DNA of 64,000 bases, taken from assembly GCA_023267375.1 (NCBI GenBank), contig JAHFNJ010000003.1, forward strand, positions 28,579-92,578. Direction: 5' to 3'. The first letter of the stretch is position 1. Each line of letters opens with the position of its first letter. The position numbers were made by a program, and so were the translations under genes. The stretch comes from Candidatus Nomurabacteria bacterium. GTDB lineage: Bacteria; Patescibacteriota; Minisyncoccia; Phycocordibacterales; UBA9973. Below are positions 50,088 through 58,765 of this stretch, one piece after another. The notes beneath the pieces are model-generated. The model had not been told where the DNA came from, did not search any database, and saw nothing but the letters and a program-made list of their open reading frames with translations.

Positions 50088-51308
50088 TTATTCGATAGAA
50101 ACTTTTTTATCAATAAATTTTTTTTCTTTTATATAATTAAAAAATGTCTTCATATACCCATCCCAAATCGGATCTTTTTCTAAATCAGCCAATGTCTTCC
50201 CTTCTTCTTTAAGCTTATATATATGTTTAACAAACAGATCTTTCACCCCAGCTTCTTCTAAAAGTGACGCGAGGTAGGTATTTTTGTTTAATTCAATTTC
50301 GTAGTCAGTCGCATTTATAGCGTCCCAGTTACGATACAGTTTCCGTAAAGCTGCTCTCTCTTTTTCAAATAATTCCCAATTAAAACTAGGGTTTCGCTCT
50401 TTTAGAAGAATTTCTCCTCGTCTATCTGCTGGCAAATATTTTTTTAAAAAGTCCATCACTGGAATTATTCCTTTTACCACCTTATGCGGCGGGATGCCTG
50501 TCTTTAAAAGTTGTTCCACCTTTTCTTTATTCAGAGTTCCATCTTTATTTAGAAATTGCCACCAAAATTTTGGCCCGGAAGCAAATGATTCTTCTTTTAT
50601 ATTCTGGAAACCAATAGCTTTAGCCAATTTTGTATCGAGCAACCATGATTCACCACTGATTACCGAAACTTGCGGAAAACGATCCACGATAGACGTGGCA
50701 ATTTTTGACATACTCTCTGAAAAAGAAATGGATTCATTGTTACCGTATTTAGTTTCATACAGTGGATCCAGATGAAGCTGCATTACACTACCATATTGCT
50801 GAAACTCAGCGGGTGAATCTTCTGATACATCATCAACAAAAAAACGAATGTTACCTATCGTACCCGAATCGAAGGATAATTCTTGATTATTTTCTGATGT
50901 GTTCTCGGGATGAAGAATCTTGTATTCTTTTGCTTTCTTTTTCTCTTCAAGCAACCAATCCATCGCCTTTTGTTTCCACGTAGCGGGATCAGTGTTATAA
51001 AAATCAATGATTTTATTCAGATTTTGTTCATAAAGACTATCCCATTCACCTTTCTCTTGGTCTCTTTCGTAAGCTGTAATCCACCCTGCAATATCTGCAT
51101 ATCTACTGATAATAAACTTGGGATCAAGTTTCGATGATATTGTTTCGCCCTCAATAGAGATAGTTGTCTCCTCAGGAAACGGGATTTGGCGCTTCAAAAT
51201 GCGATCAGCATATTCTAGCCGAAATTCAGCAAATTTTTCTTGCAAAAGATCTTGATGTTCTTCTAATGACTGCGTTCGTATTGGTTGTGAAATATTCTCT
51301 AAGCTCAT
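50088..51308 (-). CDS. Hypothetical protein (no recognisable domain), carried on a 1.44-kb insert
   Basis: 406-aa clean ORF; SD 'agaggagga' upstream; flanked by a duplicated recO 5' segment. Confidence 0.55.
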   Translation of the reverse strand: MSLENISQPIRTQSLEEHQDLLQEKFAEFRLEYADRILKRQIPFPEETTISIEGETISSKLDPKFIISRYADIAGWITAYERDQEKGEWDSLYEQNLNKIIDFYNTDPATWKQKAMDWLLEEKKKAKEYKILHPENTSENNQELSFDSGTIGNIRFFVDDVSEDSPAEFQQYGSVMQLHLDPLYETKYGNNESISFSESMSKIATSIVDRFPQVSVISGESWLLDTKLAKAIGFQNIKEESFASGPKFWWQFLNKDGTLNKEKVEQLLKTGIPPHKVVKGIIPVMDFLKKYLPADRRGEILLKERNPSFNWELFEKERAALRKLYRNWDAINATDYEIELNKNTYLASLLEEAGVKDLFVKHIYKLKEEGKTLADLEKDPIWDGYMKTFFNYIKEKKFIDKKVSIE

Positions 51309-51314
51309 AGTATT

Positions 51315-51413
51315 TTAGATTTCCTCCTCTCTTTTAATTTCTAATTTTTTTAATACAACTCCTGTCTCGCGAGCATCAAGGATGATACCGGTTGTGTGAT
51401 AAATGTGATGCAT
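51315..51413 (-). pseudogene. Duplicated recO 5' fragment encoding a 32-aa remnant/leader ORF
   Basis: 'MHHIYHTTGIILDARETGVVLKKLEIKREEEI*' against recO 'MHHIYHTTGIIFDARETGEA…'; 53-nt DNA match at 87% identity. Confidence 0.55.
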
Positions 51414-51416
51414 GAA

Positions 51417-51896
51417 TTAATTTGAAGCGTAGGTATGCATTATTATTTTTGCGTAGGTTGCGTAATCACTATCAACTACTTGGAAGAAATATGGCGCATC
51501 AACATGCTGCAGTGGTTGCGTTTTTTCATGAGAGAAACATGGCGCCTTTATTTGCGGATTTGTTGGACAGCCAGTCATCGTATAGAAAATATCAAGACCG
51601 CTCCAAATACACTGGCTACCTGTTGGGCATGGATGGTTGTAGAAACCAGTCACAGTAAACGTCGTTGTATACATCGAATTTGTATCTACAATCGTATATG
51701 TTTCTCCTTGCTTCACCGTCACCGTTTCACCTAAAGTAATAGTTTTTGCTAGGGGGGCAGGAGGCGTAACTACAGTATCTGTTCCCGGTACAGGTGGGAT
51801 GACGGCATTGTTACTATGAATGAGGCCGTAGACAATAACAACAATTGCTATCAAAAAAATACTTACTGATATAATTATTTTTTTATGATTTTTCAT
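51417..51896 (-). CDS. Membrane-anchored hypothetical protein
   Basis: 159 aa; N-terminal TM 'IIISVSIFLIAIVVIVYGLI'. Confidence 0.45.
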   Translation of the reverse strand: MKNHKKIIISVSIFLIAIVVIVYGLIHSNNAVIPPVPGTDTVVTPPAPLAKTITLGETVTVKQGETYTIVDTNSMYTTTFTVTGFYNHPCPTGSQCIWSGLDIFYTMTGCPTNPQIKAPCFSHEKTQPLQHVDAPYFFQVVDSDYATYAKIIMHTYASN

Positions 51897-51910
51897 ACAT
51901 GTAAATGTTC

Positions 51911-52513
51911 CTAGGAATTACCTTTTATATTTTCGACAAGTTCTGGAAATGTTTCTTGGCGAAAGTGGCCACGATCTGAAAAAGTAAGGAGCGTCGCTTC
52001 TGGAAAAACTTTTTTATATTTCAGGGCTTCAGCTGGCAGCACTGCAGTATCATCGTCACTTTGATAGATAAAAATCTTTGGGACTTGGGCAGATACATTT
52101 TCGAGATTCTCTTTGAGTTTAAAATCCCCTAGCGACTCAACCGACTCATCATCAAATGGCGCAGCTACTAAGTGCATACTCTCTATCTTTTTTAGTAAAG
52201 TATTCTCAGAGAGATACTTTGCCAAAAAGATGCCCCCAAGCGAGTGCCCCACAAGTGTCACACCGTCCTGTAAAAATGGGACAATTTTATCAAAAAATAT
52301 TTTCCACTCGAGATACTTCGCATTCATATCATTTGGCATCTCTGGAGTAATAACCTCATATTCAGGCAAATAGTCAGCCAACGTGCGTCGCCATCGTTTT
52401 CGAGTTATCCCCTCAAGAGTCAGTTCATAACTACGCAAAAAAGTAAGGTATGCTTCGTATGTATCAAAAACGTCTCCTCCGTGGATTATTAAAACTTGTT
52501 TCTTTTGGTCCAT
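51911..52513 (-). CDS. Alpha/beta-fold serine hydrolase (YdeN/RBBP9-like)
   Basis: 200 aa; 'VLIIHGG…', nucleophile elbow 'GHSLGG'. Confidence 0.65.
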   Translation of the reverse strand: MDQKKQVLIIHGGDVFDTYEAYLTFLRSYELTLEGITRKRWRRTLADYLPEYEVITPEMPNDMNAKYLEWKIFFDKIVPFLQDGVTLVGHSLGGIFLAKYLSENTLLKKIESMHLVAAPFDDESVESLGDFKLKENLENVSAQVPKIFIYQSDDDTAVLPAEALKYKKVFPEATLLTFSDRGHFRQETFPELVENIKGNS

Positions 52514-52517
52514 AAAT

Positions 52518-53096
52518 TTAGTTAAGTTTTAAAACTGCCTCCAAGACTTCTGGGAGCTCTAAACACTGATTCGTACTCCCGCTGAAATGCCCTCGTCCTG
52601 ATAATATTATAATTTTAGAACCAAGCTTGTCCCTATAGTCATCCACATTATCAAGAGGTACAAATGGATCATTATCAGAAAAAATAGCTACGCTTTTAGG
52701 AAGATGTGTTTTTACTTTTTCAAGACTAAGAGGTGTGGTCATCCATTCTTTTTGAACACTTTGCTCGGCATCATCGCTTCCTATATTCGTCAGTCGTTTA
52801 AAAAATCCTGCAACAAAGACAGCACCACCAACTTGCACTCCCTCAGGTAGGGCTTCCAGATAACGAGCAATAGTCTGACAACCCATACTGTGGCCAACAA
52901 AATACATATTCTCATCAGGAGTAGAAGCAACTTCTTGTAATTTAGGCACCCAATTATGAATGCGGGGAGTCGCTGCATCTGGAAGCTGTGGCACTATCAC
53001 CTCAAAACCTGTTGCTTCAAGTTCTTTTTTTAGCCAAGGAAACCAGCCTTCTTCTGGATACCCGTCCCACCCATGTACTATAAATACTCTTTTCAT
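52518..53096 (-). CDS. Alpha/beta-fold serine hydrolase (YdeN/RBBP9-like), tandem paralog
   Basis: 192 aa; 'VFIVHGWDGYPEEGWFPWL…', 'GHSMGC'. Confidence 0.65.
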   Translation of the reverse strand: MKRVFIVHGWDGYPEEGWFPWLKKELEATGFEVIVPQLPDAATPRIHNWVPKLQEVASTPDENMYFVGHSMGCQTIARYLEALPEGVQVGGAVFVAGFFKRLTNIGSDDAEQSVQKEWMTTPLSLEKVKTHLPKSVAIFSDNDPFVPLDNVDDYRDKLGSKIIILSGRGHFSGSTNQCLELPEVLEAVLKLN

Positions 53097-53740
53097 AATT
53101 GAATTTCTTTTATTTTATTTGCTAATGCATTTCCTAACGAGATATTACCCGCTTCATCTAAGTGAACCCCCTCACCATCGGCTGTAGTACAAAATGCTGC
53201 TGCGTCAAAAAACATATACTTTTCTTCCGCACAAAATGCCTTGTATATGTCTTTCAATTTCTTTGATTTATATTCTGCCTCTGACCCAAAAATAGTACTC
53301 ATTGCCTCATCAAGAACTACTTGATCACTGCGAATTACCGGCGGAGAAATAATCATGACTTTCGGTTCCATCTCAATAGATAAGTTTTTACACCAAATAC
53401 TTATCTCATCTTTATATTTTGGCAAACTCTGAGCAATTTCTTCGGTTGTCTTGGTATCTTTATTATTACAATCATTGGTCCCTAGAAAAATACACACGAG
53501 GTCAACAGGTAAATGACTCCCTAAAATTGGTCCAAATTGCGCTAGGCCATCTCTGTTAGGGAAAAATCCATTCTCACCGGAGAGGGTCCTTGCACGCAAC
53601 CCTTCATCAATTATCCGGTACTCACCTCCTAGTAATTGTTCAAGTACCCCTATAAAATTCTTGGCACGCTCATATCGCTTTGGAGTTTTAGGCATTTTCC
53701 CATAAACAAGAGAATCGCCATAAATAAGGATAGATTTCAT
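53093..53740 (-). CDS. SGNH/GDSL-family hydrolase
   Basis: 215 aa; 'ILIYGDSLVYG' (GDSL block I), 'GTND', 'DGVHLD' (catalytic His block). Confidence 0.7.
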   Translation of the reverse strand: MKSILIYGDSLVYGKMPKTPKRYERAKNFIGVLEQLLGGEYRIIDEGLRARTLSGENGFFPNRDGLAQFGPILGSHLPVDLVCIFLGTNDCNNKDTKTTEEIAQSLPKYKDEISIWCKNLSIEMEPKVMIISPPVIRSDQVVLDEAMSTIFGSEAEYKSKKLKDIYKAFCAEEKYMFFDAAAFCTTADGEGVHLDEAGNISLGNALANKIKEIQL

Positions 53741-53967
53741 GCTTCATATTTTACCACACCACACACGTTGACGAGACCCTGCTTCTGTCCTATTGTTAGG
53801 GAAAATCAAACCCTTAAAATCATTTCCGATGAAAAGCTTACGCGTCCTTTGGGAGAAATTTGCTTATAGACTATACGTCTTTTTCTCTAACCCACTCAAA
53901 ATGTGGACAACAGTACTTCTTATGATGGCTGCCGTCATTATTTGTACCTTAAAAGTGTTTACTATAA

Positions 53968-54000
53968 TCTAAAAACAGCGTCCCTCACCCGGACGCTGTC
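53968..54000 (-). terminator. Terminator hairpin downstream of the ASCH-HAD gene
   Basis: acagcgtccctcacccggacgctgt plus T-run on the minus strand. Confidence 0.55.
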
Positions 54001-54001
54001 A

Positions 54002-54931
54002 TTACAATAACTTCTCGATTGTTTCAAGCAACTCCGCAGGATTATCTAGAATCGCAGCCGGGTTCCCTTTTTGAAGTGTTTCTCGCTCTTGAAAACCCCA
54101 AGTGACGGCGATAGTCTTAACGCCACATTCTGTGGCATCACGAATATCTCCAAGCGTGTCGGTAATAAACACGACGTTAACCGGGGCAACTCCTTCTCGT
54201 TCTAAAATCATCTTAATTTTTTTTACCTTACTAATATGTACATCAGAACCTAAAACATCCTTAAAATAAGCTGCGGCCTTTTCTTTCTCCAAAAAAGTCC
54301 GGATGCTGCTACTCATACTTGAAGACACGATTGCGAGTATGTATTTCTGCGTGAGTACCGAAATAGTACCGAGTAAAATATCGTGTATGGAAAGAGTAAT
54401 TAATCCATTTTCATAATGAGTATCAAAATCTGGTGGACGTTTGTACCCCTCTTCTACTCGGAGTTTTTCAATCACCTCTTCCCAGCTGTAGCTCGTCAAT
54501 TCTTTATAGCGCTCTTTCGTCAGACCGCTATTCGCATCCTGGTGAATCTTGTAACAAAGATCAGCAGTATTCACGAGCACGCCGTCGAAATCGAATAAAA
54601 CTAATTTTTTTGGTTTACTTTGAAAATCAAAACCAATCAATTTAACAGTAGTATCGTCATCTATATTTTCATAATACTTACCAAGACTAGCGTACATTTC
54701 ATCCTTCGACGAATATTTACCATGCATATCCTCATTGGTTAATTCTCCGATGGTTTTCTCTATAAGAGAAGTGATTTTTGCAAAACCAAACTGTTCCCCT
54801 GTTTCAGAATTTACCAAGATGAGATCGTCCCCTATTTTTAAATCTTTATCATCGAATAAACGCCACGTTGAGCGCTTTTCTCCTGATACAATTTTTTGCG
54901 AAAGATCGTTGGTAAATTTAAGAACTTTCAT
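54002..54931 (-). CDS. ASCH (PUA-like) domain fused to HAD-family hydrolase
   Basis: 309 aa; N-terminal 'QKIVSGEKRSTWRLFDDKDLKIGDDLILVNSETGEQFGFAKITS'; C-terminal 'LVLFDFDGVLVNT…' HAD motif I. Confidence 0.6.
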   Translation of the reverse strand: MKVLKFTNDLSQKIVSGEKRSTWRLFDDKDLKIGDDLILVNSETGEQFGFAKITSLIEKTIGELTNEDMHGKYSSKDEMYASLGKYYENIDDDTTVKLIGFDFQSKPKKLVLFDFDGVLVNTADLCYKIHQDANSGLTKERYKELTSYSWEEVIEKLRVEEGYKRPPDFDTHYENGLITLSIHDILLGTISVLTQKYILAIVSSSMSSSIRTFLEKEKAAAYFKDVLGSDVHISKVKKIKMILEREGVAPVNVVFITDTLGDIRDATECGVKTIAVTWGFQERETLQKGNPAAILDNPAELLETIEKLL

Positions 54932-54942
54932 TTTTATGTTTT

Positions 54943-57900
54943 CTACTTTTCAATTGAAATCTCTGCCACACCAGCCTCAACAGAAATATTTTTTGCCGTA
55001 ACCGTTTTCTTGAGTTCGTCGCCAAACGTCGCCGCTAGTTCTTTGTATGAATCTGGGAGCTTAATATTGATGCTGTCGCTTGGCATTAAACCTTTCTGTT
55101 TACGCAAATCTTGAATAGCGCGCACAAGTTCACGGAAATCCCCTTCTTTTTTGAGCTCTGGAGTCATCTCGGGATCAAGTAGGACTTGGTCTTTCAGCGA
55201 ATCACTCTCCACGACTTCTTTCACATTGAGTTCATCTTTTAAAACATCTTTGAAATACGTCTCGAGTTTTATATTTGGCACAGTAACCTTCTGGAGTGGC
55301 TGACGAACAGGAATCCCAGCTTTTTGCCTTTCTTTTAGCCCCATAGATGCGAAGTCCCGAACATTACTCATTTGAGTAATTAATTCTTTTTCCACCTTCC
55401 CACCTTTAGGCCAACTGGAAAGATGCACACTTTCTGTATCTGATTCTGCCCGCAGTTTCAGCCATATATCTTCCGCGGCAAACGGCGCAGCAGGAGCCAT
55501 GATCTGCGCTACTGTTTTAAGCACAAAATAAAGTGTCTGTTTTGCGTCAGCATCCCCTTCTTTGATACGGTCACGTGAACGACGTAAGTACCAAGTAGAA
55601 AGATCATCGATAAAATCTCGAAGTGCACGCACTGGTTCCATAAGTTTGTAACCGTCCAAGCTCTCAGTGGTAAGCGCTACAAGCTGATTAAGTCGAGCAA
55701 GAATCCATTGATCGAGAACATTGCTAGTTTCTAGGTTATAGTTGCTAGTTTCTAGTGAAGGGTCACGATAGAGTTCATAAAATGCCAACACATTGTAGAG
55801 CAAACCGAATACCTGGCGATGCAATTCCATCACTGTTTTCTCATCGTAATTTTTTGAATCCCCTGGCTGGTTCACCGAGTACATCCAAAGGCGCAGTGTA
55901 TCAACACCAAATTTTTCAATCTGGAAAAATGGTTCGACAATGTTACCGATTGACTTCGACATTTTCTTGCCATCTTTATCGAGTAAGTGTCCTAAGCAAA
56001 TCGCATTCTTAAATGGCGTACCGCATTCCATAAGCGTACCGACAGCAAGCAGTGTATAGAACCATCCGCGGGTTTGATCAATAGCTTCAGAAATGAAATC
56101 TGCTGGGTAGCCATGTGATTTTTTGAGCAATCCACTCTTCGGCTGAAAGGTATCTTTGTTTTCAAACGGATAGTGATCTTGGGCAAACGGCATAGAACCA
56201 GAATCAAACCACACATCCATCACTTCTTTTACACGACGAAATTCTTTGCCGTCTTTTTCAAGCACCACTTCATCAATATATGGCCGATGCGGATCAAGCT
56301 CGTAGTTCTCATTGTGCGGAAGTGGGACGAATGGAACATCATAAAAAACAGCATTTTCAATGTAATGAAAATCTTTCTTTCCCCGGATCATATCGAGTGC
56401 CTGCTCAGCACTATACCCATGAGCACCAACGACCATGAGCCAAGCAGGTCCGCCATGGGTCACAATCAAAATATTTTTATTGCTGTATTTTTGTTCTAGC
56501 TCATATAGCAATTCACTTACGCGTTTACGAACATCGCTATATGATTCGCCTCCTGGAAGAACTGCAGAAAAATTATCCGCCGTCTTTGGAAATTTATCAT
56601 GATACTCTTTCCATGTCGTGCCACTAAACGTACCGACACGCATCTCGTGGAGCCGAGCATCCGTACTCACTGATTCCTCAGGCAAGCCAAGAACACCTCG
56701 TACGATATCTGTTGTTTCTTTCGTGCGTATAAACGGTGAGGCAACAATCAAATCTATTTTTTTGTTTTTCAATAACTCTGCCGCTTCTTGTACCTGCGAT
56801 TTTCCATGGTCAGTCAAATGATCGTTTACTGCATCTTGTTTATCGCTGATCAAACCTTGCAAATTATGCTCTGATTCACCGTGACGCATCACGATATAGT
56901 TATTCCCGCTTTTCTTTGTATATTTTTTGAGTGTTTCAAATGAATCAACAACAATGCGCTCGCCATCAGCGTTCTGCCACACTGGCATCGGTGTTCCCCA
57001 GTACCGCTCACGAGAAATCGCCCAGTCTTTCACCTCGCGAATCCACTCGCCGAAACGCCCTTCTTTGATATGAGATGGCTCCCAATTTATCTTTTCATTT
57101 TCAGCGACGAGATCATCCCGAAGCGCCGACATTTTGATGTACCACGAATCGCGTGCGTAGTAGATGAGCGGCGTCTTACAGCGCCAGCAATGTGGATAGC
57201 TGTGCGTGTATTGTTCTTTCGCAAAAAAGTTTCCGTGCTCTTGGAGATATTTCAACACCTCAACAGAAGTCTTGAGACCATTGTCTTCCCTATCTTTTGC
57301 TGGCATTCCCTCGAGACTACCCGTGCCTTTTATAAAATGTCCGGATTCATCAACGAGATGAAATTTCGGCAACCCAACTTTCGAACCAAGCTCGAAGTCG
57401 TCCTGACCGTACATCACGGCTGTGTGCACGATGCCGGTACCATCTTCGGTGTTTACGAAATCTGCCGCGTATACTTTGTATGCGTTTTGTAACTTATCGT
57501 CACCCTTATCCAATTCAGAGAGATATGGATAGAGTGGTTCATATTCCGTGCCACTAAGTTCTTTACCGAAATATCTACCTGATACTTCGTATAAGGTTTT
57601 TTCTGCTCCAGGTTTTGGAGATCCACTAAGAGTCCTTCCAAAAACACCATCACTATTTATTAACTCTAAACCAAAAATTTTATTGACCAAATCCCATGCC
57701 AGGATATAATTTTCTACACCTGAATTGTTTGTAACTTTTACTTTTACATAGTCGATTTTCTCACCCACAGCCAAAGCAACATTCCCAGGCAAGGTCCAAG
57801 GTGTTGTGGTCCATGCAAGAAAATAAGTATTCTCATTTCCGACTACTTTAAATTTCGCGATAACTGACAAATCTTTTACATCTGCATAGCCCTGCGCGAG

Positions 57901-58467
57901 TTCGTGCGACGAAAGGCCAGTTCCACAGCGCGGACACCATGGCACGACTTTGTAATCTTTGTAGAGCAGCCCCCTTTTATCGACATGCGCAAAGACATTC
58001 CAAAGCGATTCAACATAGTTTGTATCAAACGTGTAGTATGCAGATTTTTTATCTACCCAGTAACCGATACGGTCCGTAAATTTTTCCCACTCACCGATAT
58101 ATTCAAAAACAGAATCCTTACATTCTTTATTGAATTGAGCGATACCATACTGTTCGATTTCTTTTTTTGATTTGAGCCCAAGCTTTTTTTCAATCTGAAG
58201 TTCTACTGGTAATCCGTGAGTGTCCCACCCCGCACGTCGTCGTACGTGAAAACCCTGCATCGTTTTATAACGAGGAATGACATCTTTGAATGCGCGTGCT
58301 TCCAAGTGGTGGAGTGCTGGTTTGGCATTGGCTGTTGGTGGACCTTCATAGAACACAAATTCGTCATTGCCAGCATTTCTTTCAACCGACTTTTGAAATA
58401 TATTTTCTTTCTGCCAAAACTCCAAAACCGCTTCTTCTCGAAGCGCTGCTGCTGATTTTTCATTCAT
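54943..58467 (-). CDS. ileS: Isoleucyl-tRNA synthetase with an embedded histidine-phosphatase (PGAM-family) domain
   Basis: '…WDTHGLPVE…WAISRERYWGTPMP… [NYIVMRHGESEHN … ILIVTHGGP] …DVWFDSGSMP…KMSKSIGN…'. Start set at Met 'MNEKS' just after the T-box terminator U-run. Confidence 0.85.
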   Translation of the reverse strand: MNEKSAAALREEAVLEFWQKENIFQKSVERNAGNDEFVFYEGPPTANAKPALHHLEARAFKDVIPRYKTMQGFHVRRRAGWDTHGLPVELQIEKKLGLKSKKEIEQYGIAQFNKECKDSVFEYIGEWEKFTDRIGYWVDKKSAYYTFDTNYVESLWNVFAHVDKRGLLYKDYKVVPWCPRCGTGLSSHELAQGYADVKDLSVIAKFKVVGNENTYFLAWTTTPWTLPGNVALAVGEKIDYVKVKVTNNSGVENYILAWDLVNKIFGLELINSDGVFGRTLSGSPKPGAEKTLYEVSGRYFGKELSGTEYEPLYPYLSELDKGDDKLQNAYKVYAADFVNTEDGTGIVHTAVMYGQDDFELGSKVGLPKFHLVDESGHFIKGTGSLEGMPAKDREDNGLKTSVEVLKYLQEHGNFFAKEQYTHSYPHCWRCKTPLIYYARDSWYIKMSALRDDLVAENEKINWEPSHIKEGRFGEWIREVKDWAISRERYWGTPMPVWQNADGERIVVDSFETLKKYTKKSGNNYIVMRHGESEHNLQGLISDKQDAVNDHLTDHGKSQVQEAAELLKNKKIDLIVASPFIRTKETTDIVRGVLGLPEESVSTDARLHEMRVGTFSGTTWKEYHDKFPKTADNFSAVLPGGESYSDVRKRVSELLYELEQKYSNKNILIVTHGGPAWLMVVGAHGYSAEQALDMIRGKKDFHYIENAVFYDVPFVPLPHNENYELDPHRPYIDEVVLEKDGKEFRRVKEVMDVWFDSGSMPFAQDHYPFENKDTFQPKSGLLKKSHGYPADFISEAIDQTRGWFYTLLAVGTLMECGTPFKNAICLGHLLDKDGKKMSKSIGNIVEPFFQIEKFGVDTLRLWMYSVNQPGDSKNYDEKTVMELHRQVFGLLYNVLAFYELYRDPSLETSNYNLETSNVLDQWILARLNQLVALTTESLDGYKLMEPVRALRDFIDDLSTWYLRRSRDRIKEGDADAKQTLYFVLKTVAQIMAPAAPFAAEDIWLKLRAESDTESVHLSSWPKGGKVEKELITQMSNVRDFASMGLKERQKAGIPVRQPLQKVTVPNIKLETYFKDVLKDELNVKEVVESDSLKDQVLLDPEMTPELKKEGDFRELVRAIQDLRKQKGLMPSDSINIKLPDSYKELAATFGDELKKTVTAKNISVEAGVAEISIEK
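56341..56904 (-). other. Inserted histidine-phosphatase domain within ileS (residues ~543-730)
   Basis: Canonical branch-1 histidine phosphatase signatures 'VMRHGESEHN' and 'VTHGG', ~190 aa, between the IleRS WGTP region and the DVWFDSGS/KMSKS region. Confidence 0.7.
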
Positions 58468-58482
58468 ATTTTTTTCTTGCAT

Positions 58483-58760
58483 AAAAAAAACTCGTCCTCG
58501 CGTAACAATTAATGAATAATTGCAATGCAAGGACGAGTTTCTGCTCGTGGTACCACCTTACTTACTTCTCTTTACCGCTGTATCGGGCTTACCCGCTAGG
58601 ATCTACTCGCCAAATAGCTTTCTGCCTAGAGCCTGCCTGCCAGCAGGCAGGCTCGGAGGTGATTACTCTCCTTAAGCTGTAGTTCCATCATACGAATCAT
58701 CCTAAAAAAAAGCAACCCCATCCGATAAAGGATGGGGCGCAATACTGTTTACTGTGGGAT
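58483..58760 (-). promoter_or_regulatory. T-box riboswitch leader of ileS
   Basis: RNA strand contains T-box consensus 'AAGGUGGUACCACGAG' then terminator 'ACUCGUCCUUGCAUUGC…GCGAGGACGAGU' + U8; UGGU bulge predicts discriminator A, matching the tRNA-Ile in this window. Confidence 0.6.
58703..58738 (-). terminator. Terminator of gene 58766..59455
   Basis: ccccatccgataaaggatgggg plus U-run on the minus strand. Confidence 0.65.
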
Positions 58761-58765
58761 ACTTT

